Of a stretch of DNA of 64,000 bases, positions 35,471 to 45,350 are shown piece by piece. Within the stretch, counting starts at the first letter, position 1, and each line of letters begins with the position of its first letter. The translations under genes and the position numbers were made by a program. The stretch comes from an uncultured delta proteobacterium (lineage in GTDB: Bacteria; Desulfobacterota; Desulfobacteria; Desulfobacterales; JAFDCJ01): NCBI GenBank assembly GCA_963769935.1, contig CAVYNY010000033.1, positions 1 to 64,000 on the forward strand, read 5' to 3'. The notes under the pieces were generated by a model. That model ran no database searches, was not told the DNA's origin, and worked only from the letters and a program-made list of their open reading frames with translations.

Positions 35471-36508
35471 ATGAAAGCAATCAGAGTCCATGGGCCGAAA
35501 GACGCACGCTACGAGGATGTTCCGGAGCCGCAGGCGGGTCCCGATGATGTGCTTATTCGCGTCAAGGCGGCGGCATTGTGCGGCACGGATTTAGAGTTTT
35601 ATGACGGCACGATGTTTTACATAACCAGCGGAATGACGGAATTGCCGCTGATTCCGGGTCATGAATGGGCGGGCGAAGTGGTGGAGATCGGTTCGAATGT
35701 CCATGAATTTGATCCCGGTGATCGTGTCACCGGAGAATGCACGGTGAGCTGCCGGTCATGCGCCAATTGTATCCGGGGATGGTATAACCAGTGTCAGTTT
35801 CGAACGGAAACCGGCTTGTTAAAACGGGACGGAGGGTTTGCGGAGTATATTGTCTTTCCGAAATATTTTCTGCATAAGTGCAACCGCATGGCTTTTGAGG
35901 AGGCGTCTTTTATCGAGCCGACGGGAATTGCGCTTTATCCCACCAAACTGGCCCAGGTCTGCCCGGAAGATTATGTGGCGGTCATGGGGCCGGGTCCCAT
36001 CGGTCTGTTTGCGGTTCAGACGGCAAAGGCATATGGCGCGCGCAAGGTCATACTTGTCGGGACCCGCGATGACCGCCTGGATATCGGCCGGCAGGTCGGA
36101 GCCGATGCTGACGGTTAACGTAAAGAAAGAAGATCTGGTTGAAAAAGTGCGGGCAGCCACCGACGGGCATATGGTTGACGTGGTGATCGAAGCGGTCGGC
36201 AAAGCGGCCGTGTGGGATGATATCGTTTCGATTCATAGCGCCCCGGGCGCGGGTCGCCATGACAGGCCTTTTTGCCGGACAAAAATGTACAGTGGACTTT
36301 GATCCTCTGGTGATAAATAACATCACAATTTTGGGTTGTCTGGGCGGACCCAGCGTCTGGGATGAAGCCATCTACCTGCATGAATCCGGCAAAGTCACGG
36401 CAAAGCCCATCATTACCCACCGGCTGCCGTTAAAGGATTTCGTGCAGGGGTATTGAAATGATGCGCCATCGCACGGATAATGCCGTCAAAGTCGTATTGA
36501 AGCCATGA
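35471..36508 (+). CDS. Zn-dependent medium-chain (sugar/polyol-type) dehydrogenase (frameshifted)
   Basis: CGTD, PGHEWAG, CRSCANC..C, GPGPIG; the tail IITHRLPL..AVKVVLKP is in shifted frames. Confidence 0.88.
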
Positions 36509-36581
36509 CGGCAATATCTGCCGCTGCAATCTCGGTCTGCCTCCAGCTCCATTTCTCCTTGTCGGAGAAGGCAAAACAGCC

Positions 36582-37454
36582 TTGGCAGCGTTGCGTTCCA
36601 TTTCAGGCGGGGCGATGTGGGTTTTGCTGGCCCCTTTGTTTTATGCCGGCATGAGTGTGTCCTCCAAATTAGCCGCGACTTACCTGAGCGTCTGGCAGAT
36701 CGGGGTGGGCCGATTCATTTTCGGGCTGCTGGTGGTGCCGATCATCGTCAGATCATTGAAGCTCGACCTCTGGGGGCGGCGGCGTTTTCTGCTGACGCTG
36801 CGAGGTTTCTGCGGTTCGGTGGCGTTTCTGCTGCTGGTGGCATCCTTTCAGCAGATACCGCTTTCGCTGGCGATGGTGCTGTTCTACCTCTACCCGGCCT
36901 TTACGACCCTGCTGTCGCCCTGGATTACCGGAGAGCCGCCCCCTAAAATCGCCTGGTTTTTTATCGGCTGCGCCTTTATCGGCACCAGCCTGATTCTCTG
37001 GCCCCACGAAGCTTCCGGTACGTTGAATGCGGGACATCTATATGCTGTGATCGCCTCGATCCTGTGCGCCATCACCTTGCTGCTGGTGCGCAGACTAGGC
37101 AAAGACAACAACATCTACACCTTATTTTTCTATCTGTGTATAACCGGGACCCTTGCCGGTCTGGGACCTTTAATTATACAGAAAAACGCACTGCTGCCCC
37201 AATCGGCAGCTGCCTGGACCGGCGTTGCGGCGGTGGCTGTTTTCTCGCTAGCTGCCCAACTTACCATCAATCAGGCCCTGGTCCGCATACCGGCCGCTGC
37301 CGTCAGCATTATGATGACAATCGAAGTCCCGCTGGTAGCCGCCTTTGGTGTGCTGTATCTGGGCGAACCGGCCGGCTGGCGCCTGATTGCCGGTGCCTTC
37401 TTCATTTTCGGATCCAGCATCGGTCTCAATCTGCTGCCGGCGAAATTAAATTAA
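36582..37454 (+). CDS. DMT/EamA family transporter
   Basis: About ten TM helices, LFYLYPAF..GE and EVPLVAAFGVLYLGE. Confidence 0.88.
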   Translation: MAALRSISGGAMWVLLAPLFYAGMSVSSKLAATYLSVWQIGVGRFIFGLLVVPIIVRSLKLDLWGRRRFLLTLRGFCGSVAFLLLVASFQQIPLSLAMVLFYLYPAFTTLLSPWITGEPPPKIAWFFIGCAFIGTSLILWPHEASGTLNAGHLYAVIASILCAITLLLVRRLGKDNNIYTLFFYLCITGTLAGLGPLIIQKNALLPQSAAAWTGVAAVAVFSLAAQLTINQALVRIPAAAVSIMMTIEVPLVAAFGVLYLGEPAGWRLIAGAFFIFGSSIGLNLLPAKLN

Positions 37455-37686
37455 AACCCTGGCCGATTTGCCCGGTCTTTTAGAGTCCTGATAGGGTCAT
37501 TTTAAGTGAAAATCGCTGATTTAAGTCTCGGCAGATCGTAATAATCGGCGGGGAATTTAATAATTAAAAAACCTACTTGAACCCGGTGGTTGAAGAGGGG
37601 CATCAATGCTTGCCTCTTATTATTTCCTGCCAGTTTATTCTCACAGCGTTTGACATGCCGAGCGGGTTCGGGTATACCAGGCTTTC

Positions 37687-37875
37687 ATGGACTGTATGAT
37701 TTGTGGCCAGGAATGTAAAAGAAGGTCAAAGGTGTTCGCAAACGGTAAAAAACTGTTTGCCTGCCGCGAATGCGTGCTCAAATTGCGGACGCATGAGCTG
37801 TCCTACTGCCTAAGCTGCAGGAAATACCATTTTGAAAGAAAACGGCCGCCTGAGGGAATGAATAACCGGCGGTAA
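37687..37875 (+). CDS. Small basic protein with three CxxC pairs
   Basis: CMIC, CREC, CLSC in 62 aa; directly preceded by TTGACA-17 nt-TATACC (37650-37678). Confidence 0.45.
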   Translation: MDCMICGQECKRRSKVFANGKKLFACRECVLKLRTHELSYCLSCRKYHFERKRPPEGMNNRR

Positions 37876-37941
37876 ACGATCGCACTACCGCCAAACTCAG
37901 GCAATCAAATTATCGAGACCCCGCCGCTAAGCGCTAAGCGT

Positions 37942-38631
37942 TTAGTACACCTGAACTCCGGGCCTATTGTTTTCCATATATTTTAATTCACGGCTGACGT
38001 CCCTGTATTGCGTATCCAGATTTTTCAATTCGGCTCGAACTTCGCTCCTCTTTTCGTCACTCAGATTCGCCTCATACAGCTCTTTCTCTTTTCCATTAAT
38101 TTTTCTTTCGATGTAATTCAGTTGTCTCTGAAGGGACGCGACTTTGGCCTCATATTGGTAAAGGTCTCTTCCATTATCGTAGCCGATGCGAAAATTCGCC
38201 TCAGATTCGGGCGGGCACACATTGCGGAAAGCTTGACCTTGACGCCCCAATTCAAAGCCTTTCTGCTCAGAGCAGAAGGTTTGCAGACCTTTATTGTAAC
38301 CGGCCCGAAAATTCGGCTCCAGCTGCAGAGGACACACAGCATTGTAGGGAATACCCTGCTGTCCCAGTTCGATACCCTTCTGCTCGGTGCAGTAATAATT
38401 CAAGCCCTGGTCATGCCCATCGTAGTAAGCCTGGCGGTCCGCGCTGATGCCATGCTCCAGGCAGGCCTTGGCGCGCCCCTGAAATGCAGTCCGCGGCTTC
38501 CCCTGTCTGCCGTCCATGCGGCCGATTTCATACCAGTCGGTCAGCAGGCAGTCCTCCTTGGACACCGAGGCACAGCCGGCAACTATAAGCATAACTGCCG
38601 CCAGCGAGATGATTCCCATTGAATGTTTCAT
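37942..38631 (-). CDS. DUF2799-like lipoprotein with internal repeat
   Basis: Lipobox VAGC, CLLTDWYEIGRMDG, duplicated C.EQKG.ELG.QG.....VCP unit, C-terminal coiled coil. Confidence 0.8.
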   Translation of the reverse strand: MKHSMGIISLAAVMLIVAGCASVSKEDCLLTDWYEIGRMDGRQGKPRTAFQGRAKACLEHGISADRQAYYDGHDQGLNYYCTEQKGIELGQQGIPYNAVCPLQLEPNFRAGYNKGLQTFCSEQKGFELGRQGQAFRNVCPPESEANFRIGYDNGRDLYQYEAKVASLQRQLNYIERKINGKEKELYEANLSDEKRSEVRAELKNLDTQYRDVSRELKYMENNRPGVQVY

Positions 38632-38775
38632 TGTTCTGTCCTCATATTGAGCATAATTTGAGCGATGGTCTCGATCTTATCCGCCATACCGGACGGATAG
38701 CCGCAGATTCAAGGTTCGAATCGATCAATTATGGTAATAATCGGCCAAAACGCAGATAACTTTAGTGGCTGTAAA

Positions 38776-39798
38776 TCAGGTATGCCCCAGCACCGGGTGC
38801 GGCTTGTAGGGCTCATTGAGGAGTTGAATTTCCTCCGGGCTGAGCTTGACCTGGACGGCCGCCGCCGCCTCCTCGATATGAGCGACCTTGCTGGCGCCGA
38901 CGATGGGCGCTGCCAATCCGGGCTGATGCAGCAGCCAGGCGTAGCCGAGCCTGGCATTGCTCTCGCCGCGCCGGGCGGCCAGCTCGCTGAGGCGGTTTAC
39001 CACGGCGAAATCATCTTCGCGATAGTAGAGCTTGAAGGCATATTCATCGCTTTTGGCGCGCGGGGTACGGCCGGCCGTGATGTCGTCCGGCGTGCGGTTG
39101 CCCGCTAAAAAACCTCTGGCCAGCGAGCTCCACGGTATCAGAGCGACCCCCAGATCGCGGCAAAGCGGAATCATCTCACGTTCCTCCTCCCGATAGATCA
39201 GGTTGTAGTGGTTCTGCATGGATACGAACCGCACCCACCCGTTCGATCGAGCCGTAAACTGCGCCTTGGCAAATTGCCAGGCCCACATGCTGGACGCCCC
39301 GATATAACGCACTTTGCCCGATTTGACGAGATCGTGCAAGGCTTCCATGGTTTCCTCGATGGGTGTTGTGTAATCCCAGCGATGGATTTGATACAGGTCG
39401 ATGTAATCGACCCCCAGACGCTTGAGCGAAGCCTCGACCGCCGCAAAGATATGCTTGCGAGACAATCCGTGTGTGTTCGGCGGCTGGGGTGTCGAACCGG
39501 CAAATCCGCCCTGAAAGGCAAGATCCACCGGAAAGAACACTTTGGTGGCCAGCACCACTTCGTCCCGGCGGGTAAACTCCCGCAGGAACTTGCCGGTCAG
39601 TTCCTCCGATGCACCGCCGGAATACATGTCGGCGGTATCGAAAAAGTTCACACCCAGCTCGACGGCGCGCTGCACGATGGGGCGCGCATCGGCCTCATCG
39701 AGTACCCACGGCCGCCATTGCGAAGTTCCGTAGGTCATCATGCCCAAGCAGATACGTGATACCTTGAGACCGGTTTGGCCTAAATTGATATAGTCCAT
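38776..39798 (-). CDS. Aldo/keto reductase
   Basis: LGQTGLKVSRICLG, FFDTADMY, LATK, DLYQIHRWD, GKVRYIGAS, QNHYNL. Confidence 0.95.
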   Translation of the reverse strand: MDYINLGQTGLKVSRICLGMMTYGTSQWRPWVLDEADARPIVQRAVELGVNFFDTADMYSGGASEELTGKFLREFTRRDEVVLATKVFFPVDLAFQGGFAGSTPQPPNTHGLSRKHIFAAVEASLKRLGVDYIDLYQIHRWDYTTPIEETMEALHDLVKSGKVRYIGASSMWAWQFAKAQFTARSNGWVRFVSMQNHYNLIYREEEREMIPLCRDLGVALIPWSSLARGFLAGNRTPDDITAGRTPRAKSDEYAFKLYYREDDFAVVNRLSELAARRGESNARLGYAWLLHQPGLAAPIVGASKVAHIEEAAAAVQVKLSPEEIQLLNEPYKPHPVLGHT

Positions 39799-40228
39799 GT
39801 TGTCCTCCTTTGCCAAGTAAAGAGTCCTTGCCCCGAAAACGAGGCTTTGTATTCACTCCAGAGAGTGGTTTGGCCGTCTGAAAAACCATGGAGTGATGGA
39901 GTGGTGGAGCACTGGAATATTGCTGATCAATGACGGATGATGGTCTATTTTTATGTTACGCCTTGTACCATTCAAATAAAAACAGATCTAATTCCACCAA
40001 ACCCAATACTCCAACACTTTATTATTCCCTGGCCCAGACCGTTTTTACATAAATCGAATTTTAGCTATTTTTATCTAAACAGCACAGACCTGATTTAAAT
40101 TCTCAGTACGCCGCGCCAGGGTGGGCCATTACCCCTTGGTATTCATTTACGGCAAAGTCAGTCTTTTTTGCCCTGGCCCCGAGGACCAGGCTTTCAATGC
40201 CATAGTACACCGGCGCCCGTTTGCCCAT

Positions 40229-42175
40229 TTATTTCTTGCCACAGGTTTCACGGTAAGGTTCGCTGCCCAGGTATTCACGCCATTCGTCCCGGGTAAGATT
40301 CCGGTTCAGCTGCGAGCAGGCTTTGGCAACCGGGTCCGCAGGCCAAATCTCCGTAACCTCGACCAGACGTCTGTCCCAGCCGTCGTCGCCGCAGGTCGCA
40401 ATAAACCGGCTGTCGGGGCTGACCGCCACGGCTGTGAGGTACCTCAGATAGGGCAGGCGCTTGATCTCACGGCCGCCCTCGAATTGCCATACCCGGGCGG
40501 TCTCGTCCGCGTCGATTGTGACCAGGTATTTGCCGTTCGGGCTCAATGCCAGAGCCAGTACGAAACTCCCGTCCGAGTTAGCAAACAATTCGGTTTTTTT
40601 CCGGACATCCCACCAGCTCAGTTTGCCTTCTGTATCGCCGATAACCAGCACCTGTCCGTTCGGGGCAAATACAGCACCCGCGTCTCCCTCGCTGGAATTC
40701 GGCAATTGCCATAATCTTGCGCCGGTTTTAAGGTCCCAAACCGTGGTGACGGTGTCGCCACCGAATGTGACCAGTTCGGTTTCATGCGGGTCGAAGCGCA
40801 TCCCCTCGACGATACCGTCGTGGCGCAGGCGGGCCACCTGCCGTCCCGTGGCCAGTTCCCATACACGCACACTCTTGTCCAGACTGGCGCTGGCCACAAA
40901 TTTGCCGGACGCCGAAACAGCGACCGTGTACGCGGCATCATCCTGGGGCAGCCGCCTGACCTCAAGGCCGGACTGTGAATCCCAGACGTGCACCGTCCCC
41001 AGCTCGGTGGTTGAAACCAGGAGGCCGCCGGTGGGCGCAAAGCGAACCGCATTAACGGGTGCGGCATGTTCCAGGCGGTGCAATTCGCGGCCGGTTGTTG
41101 GTTCCCACAGACGCACGGTGTTGTCCGGTCCGGCGGTTGCCAGAATCGGTTGATTCGGGCTGAAGTCGAGCACCTGTCTCCCTCGGAAGTTGACGTGATT
41201 TCCGCGCTTGTCCTTCCAGTGCGTGCGGCCGCCTATTCCGCCGTGGGAAATCCGCGCCGTAATTTCGCCCGTTGTCAGATCCCAAACAAAAGTCCCGTCT
41301 TTTCCGCCTCCGGCCGCCAGCAGGCGGCCGTCATAACTGAACGCCAGATCGCTCACGATGTTTTCAAAATCGATTGGGAAATTCTTGTCCGACCAGGGCA
41401 GCAAGGCCAGACCGTCTCGCAGGGAACGCTCCGCATGCGGCGTCGGGCTCCGCTTCATCGCCTCTGCGGCCAGGAGCACGCTGAGCTCGAGCCGCTCCAA
41501 TCGTTTGCTGTCCTGCAATAAAAGCGCCCACCATACTTTGGATTTTTGGTCTTCATCCGTCGCGAGCACCTGTTGCCGCAGCTCATCCGCACGGGACGCG
41601 AGTCGTTCCACCAGCTGTTCGGTCGCCTGCTTTTGACTGTAAGCCCGATAGCCATACCAGACCAGTACCGCCGTCAACATTACGAGGGCCGCTGCCAACC
41701 CTCTGCGCAGCAAACGCCGCCGGTGATGACCGCGGCGCCGCGCCTCCCTTTCCTGCAACTCCTTCGAGCTGGCTGCCACTCCCTGGGAATGGACCCGCTG
41801 GATATCTTCCATGAGCTTTAAAAACAGCGGCGAGGTTGCGGCGCCGTTCCAGTCGGAAAAGTCCACGGTCTCCGTCTGCCGGAAGGGCAGGGGCGGCTCG
41901 CATTCTTGAACCTGCAACGGCACCAGGATGCCCCGCTGCCAACCCTCAGTCGCCTCCGCGCAAACCCAGTCGGAATCCACCGAGCGCGGCGACCATACGA
42001 CCAGAACGCAGCGGCTGTGGGTCACGGCATCCTGGATCTCACGCGGAAAACGCTCCCCGCTGCGCAGCCGCTGGTCCCACCAGACCGACCAGCCGCGAGC
42101 GGCCGTGAAGGCCTCCGCCAGCCGCTTGACTTGGGGCTTGTCTTCCCGGGCATAACTGATGAATACGTCATACAT
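40229..42175 (-). CDS. TIR domain - TM helix - WD40 propeller protein
   Basis: YDVFISYARED..WWD..VVWS..SVDSDWVCAEA (TIR), Arg-rich patch then a TM helix, WD40 repeats (SASLDKSVRVWE), C-terminal AC....RNLT..EW..Y...PY..TC. Confidence 0.88.
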   Translation of the reverse strand: MYDVFISYAREDKPQVKRLAEAFTAARGWSVWWDQRLRSGERFPREIQDAVTHSRCVLVVWSPRSVDSDWVCAEATEGWQRGILVPLQVQECEPPLPFRQTETVDFSDWNGAATSPLFLKLMEDIQRVHSQGVAASSKELQEREARRRGHHRRRLLRRGLAAALVMLTAVLVWYGYRAYSQKQATEQLVERLASRADELRQQVLATDEDQKSKVWWALLLQDSKRLERLELSVLLAAEAMKRSPTPHAERSLRDGLALLPWSDKNFPIDFENIVSDLAFSYDGRLLAAGGGKDGTFVWDLTTGEITARISHGGIGGRTHWKDKRGNHVNFRGRQVLDFSPNQPILATAGPDNTVRLWEPTTGRELHRLEHAAPVNAVRFAPTGGLLVSTTELGTVHVWDSQSGLEVRRLPQDDAAYTVAVSASGKFVASASLDKSVRVWELATGRQVARLRHDGIVEGMRFDPHETELVTFGGDTVTTVWDLKTGARLWQLPNSSEGDAGAVFAPNGQVLVIGDTEGKLSWWDVRKKTELFANSDGSFVLALALSPNGKYLVTIDADETARVWQFEGGREIKRLPYLRYLTAVAVSPDSRFIATCGDDGWDRRLVEVTEIWPADPVAKACSQLNRNLTRDEWREYLGSEPYRETCGKK

Positions 42176-42287
42176 ACTCGGTAAGTAAAAAATCCTAACC
42201 TGGAGCACCAGGTTTTGAATGTTGGAATAAAAGCACTCTCTTTGGGAGGAGGTTCCCCCCGGCTCCCAAACGGGCGAAGCCCGCCGC

Positions 42288-42449
42288 TAAGGGTTCACGG
42301 ATAAATTAATTCACAGTTTTAGGCGTTGAGGCGTTCTTCCAGCAAGGTGCGAAAACGCAGGAATATCTTGATATTCCGAGCTTTCGCAACGCAGCGGGAA
42401 GAGATGCAGCGGCGTATAAAATGTGAAGTTATTTTTTCGTGAGCCCTAA
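42288..42449. mobile_element. MITE-like palindromic element
   Basis: Imperfect ~35-bp terminal inverted repeats TAAGGGTTCACGGATAAATTAATTCACA / TGTGAAGTTATTTTTTCGTGAGCCCTA, with a central hairpin GGAATATC-TT-GATATTCC. Confidence 0.6.
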
Positions 42450-42463
42450 GGTCTGTGGTCCGG

Positions 42464-42877
42464 TTACAATGCCTGGTATCCTCTATAATTCTTCTGAAAC
42501 TTTGCTTTACCGGTGCGGAGGAAGTCGGCAAAGTTCCATTCGGACGGTTCGAGATGATCCCGGAACTGCGGTTTCACCACATAAGCGGCGGCGGGCAGGG
42601 TCGCTCCATCGTTTAGTTCAATCCGAACATGCCGGCGGGCGTACATTTCGCCTTCGAATCGGTCCAGGCGGTCCCAGGCCGAATCAGGCACGTTCCTGAA
42701 GACAACACCCTCGACGCGGCCTTCATTATCCGGCAGAAGCCCGGGAAAATACTCGCTTTTGACGGACCGCCGACTATAGCCCTTCAGGATTCCAGGCACA
42801 TGGGACAGACGGCAGCCCGAGACTTCCTGCATGATGTCGTCGCACATCAGGGTTCCGTATGCAAAGAGATTCAACAT
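42464..42877 (-). CDS. Gamma-glutamylcyclotransferase (AIG2-like) family protein
   Basis: LFAYGTLM, VEGVV, LDRFEG.MY. Confidence 0.88.
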   Translation of the reverse strand: MLNLFAYGTLMCDDIMQEVSGCRLSHVPGILKGYSRRSVKSEYFPGLLPDNEGRVEGVVFRNVPDSAWDRLDRFEGEMYARRHVRIELNDGATLPAAAYVVKPQFRDHLEPSEWNFADFLRTGKAKFQKNYRGYQAL

Positions 42878-45012
42878 TTCCGCACCTCGCAGAGCAGTGA
42901 TTTAAAGCCCGGGAATCCCGAAATCGGGTCCCGGTAGTCGGGGTCGATCAGGGTGTTGACATCCGCTTCCGGCCGCCCGTGGTAGATGTTGACCACGCCC
43001 GGCATAACCGTTTCGGTCAGATTGGCCCGCACGCGCACATCCCCCCGGCGGGTCGACAGCAGGACCCAATCCCCTTGGTTCAAGCCGCGCAGCCGGGCAT
43101 CGGCCGGGTTCAAGTCGGCCATGGGATCCGGTTGGAATCTGAGCAGCTGAGGAATCCGGTAGGCCCGGGAATGAATGAAAAAAGGCAGCCTGGCGCCGGT
43201 GGTCAAAATGAGCGGAAAATCTTTTGCCTCTTCGGGGGCCGACACCGGACTCAGCAAGGGTTCCCGGTACACAGGCAGCGAGTCCAAACCGTGTTCCGCC
43301 AAAACCAGGGAGGTAAATTCCATCTTGCCCGAAGGCGTTTGAAAGCCCCCGTTCTCATATTTGCGGTAGGGGGGAGTCGAAATATTTTCGACAACGAGGC
43401 CGCGGGGATATTTTTCCAGATCGGCCACTTTAAAGCCGGAAGGCTGCAGCATCCAGTCGACGGCTGCTGCATGCCCCGCCCGCAGCAGGTCGTCGTCCGG
43501 CGCCAGGGTCCGGGCCAGATCGAAAATGATATCGGCATCCGCGCGGGATTGGCCCAGCGGTTCGATGGCCGGCCGGGTCCACAGAATCCTTTTTTCGGGA
43601 TAAAATTTCAGTTCGCTTCTTTCATAGGAAGTACAGGCCGGCAGGATGACATCGGCCAGCCTGGCGGTATCCGTCATAAACAGATCCACGTCCACCAGAA
43701 AGTCCAGTTTTTTGAAGCTCTCCAGGGCAAAATCAGATCCGGGCCACATCCGAAAGTTGAGGCCGAAAGCCAGCATGGCCCGAACGGGATAAGGCTGTTG
43801 ACTGCGGATCTGAAAGGGCACCATCATGGAATGGGCCTCGGGAATGAAGCGGCACCAGACCGGGTGTTTATCTTCCCCGACACGCGGGGCCATTTCGTGC
43901 CAGGGGCGCGGCTGCTTGAACTCCGCTTCGCGGGTCTGGATGCCGTTGGCAATATAAAGATAGTCGGAGGGAAAAACATGGTTGCCTCCCGGCATGTCGA
44001 AGTTGCCCGTCAATCCGATCAGGGCGGTGATGGCCCGCTGATTCTGGAGTCCGTTGGTATGGTGGACCGTCGGACTTGCGCCGGTCATGACGGCCGCCGG
44101 CTTTGAGCCGGCAAAAAGCCTGGCAGCCCGCAAGATCAGTTCGGCCGGAACGCCGGTGATTTTTTGGGCCGCATCAGGCGCAAAGCCGCGCGCCAGGTTT
44201 CGATATTCATCAAATCCCAAGGTCCAGCGGTCGACGAAATCCCGGTCGAAAAGACCCTCCTCAATGATGACGTGGGCCAGCGCCAGGGCCAGGGCCCCCG
44301 AGGTCCCGGGCCGCAGCCTGAGGTGAATGTCGGCGTAACGGGTCAGCGGGGTGACCAGCGGGCCGACCTCGATGATTTTGAGGCCTTTTTTGCGGGCGGC
44401 CGGCAGTCCTTTGGAGCGCGGCGGGTTCGAGTAAAAGGGGTTGCGGCTCCAGACAAGCAGACATTTGGCGCGGCCCACTTCGGGCGCGGCTTCGGCTCCG
44501 TAATTTAAAATGGCAGCCAGTTTGACCGCCGTATGACAAGTGCTCGATTCGGAGGCAAAGTTGGGTGAGCCGAAACTGTGGGCCAGGCGCTTTAAGAACG
44601 GCCGCATCCATTTGGGATAGCCGGCATAGAAAACCACCGACTCAGGGCCGGTTTCGGCTTTGATTTCGTTTAGCCGCCCGGCAACAATATTAAGAGCTTC
44701 CTGCCAGGAGACCGGTTCGAACCGCCCCGCACCCCTCGCGCCTGTTCTGACAAGCGGCGTTTTAAGGCGGTCGGGATGATAGACGTATTGAAGCCCGGCG
44801 GCCCCTTTGGCGCATAGGGTCCCGGCGTTGTGGAACTCCGGACTCCCCTTCAGCTTGATGATCCGTCCGTTTCTGACATAGGCATCCACGCCGCAATGGG
44901 AGCCGGGATTGCATATGGAGCAAATGGTCGGCCGGACCTCGATGCCGGTGGAGGGACCGGTCGCCTTTTGGTTCGGCCGGGGCATCACTGTTTGCGGAAA
45001 CCGTTCCTTCAT
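42871..45012 (-). CDS. Molybdopterin (bis-MGD) oxidoreductase catalytic subunit
   Basis: CSIC..SHC..LCAKG Fe-S motif, RLKTPL, LRPGTSGALAL, TARLADVILPA, PLILTTG; no twin-arginine signal seen. Confidence 0.92.
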   Translation of the reverse strand: MKERFPQTVMPRPNQKATGPSTGIEVRPTICSICNPGSHCGVDAYVRNGRIIKLKGSPEFHNAGTLCAKGAAGLQYVYHPDRLKTPLVRTGARGAGRFEPVSWQEALNIVAGRLNEIKAETGPESVVFYAGYPKWMRPFLKRLAHSFGSPNFASESSTCHTAVKLAAILNYGAEAAPEVGRAKCLLVWSRNPFYSNPPRSKGLPAARKKGLKIIEVGPLVTPLTRYADIHLRLRPGTSGALALALAHVIIEEGLFDRDFVDRWTLGFDEYRNLARGFAPDAAQKITGVPAELILRAARLFAGSKPAAVMTGASPTVHHTNGLQNQRAITALIGLTGNFDMPGGNHVFPSDYLYIANGIQTREAEFKQPRPWHEMAPRVGEDKHPVWCRFIPEAHSMMVPFQIRSQQPYPVRAMLAFGLNFRMWPGSDFALESFKKLDFLVDVDLFMTDTARLADVILPACTSYERSELKFYPEKRILWTRPAIEPLGQSRADADIIFDLARTLAPDDDLLRAGHAAAVDWMLQPSGFKVADLEKYPRGLVVENISTPPYRKYENGGFQTPSGKMEFTSLVLAEHGLDSLPVYREPLLSPVSAPEEAKDFPLILTTGARLPFFIHSRAYRIPQLLRFQPDPMADLNPADARLRGLNQGDWVLLSTRRGDVRVRANLTETVMPGVVNIYHGRPEADVNTLIDPDYRDPISGFPGFKSLLCEVRKC

Positions 45013-45350
45013 AATTCACCCCGCACTTTATTTAAACATTAGAGCAATGAATCAAAACCCCGCAACTGCCGGCCCCATCTTGTGATAGAGCGGACAACCG
45101 CTCAATAGGGCAGATGTGTGTAGTATGTGCATCATAGAAAAAGCGTTCATATCCGTCAAGCATCTTCAAATTACCCTTTGATTTTCCCGGCTTCGGTGTC
45201 ATTTTCTTTAAACCCTTTACCGCCGGATTTTTTCTTGGTAATGAAGGTGTCTAAGCATGATGCCATACGATCACGGGCTGCTGCTTATTGAAATCCGGGA
45301 TGAATTGCGCCGGGGAGCATATTGCCGCAGCGAATCGACTCATCCCATGA

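Noticed and set aside
39830..39875. c-di-GMP-I riboswitch-like string upstream of the aldo/keto reductase (GGCCAAACCACTC..GAGTG..CAAAGCCTC)
   Set aside because: Lacks the GNRA tetraloop, the receptor-bearing second stem and a closing stem. An Infernal search with the c-di-GMP-I model would decide.
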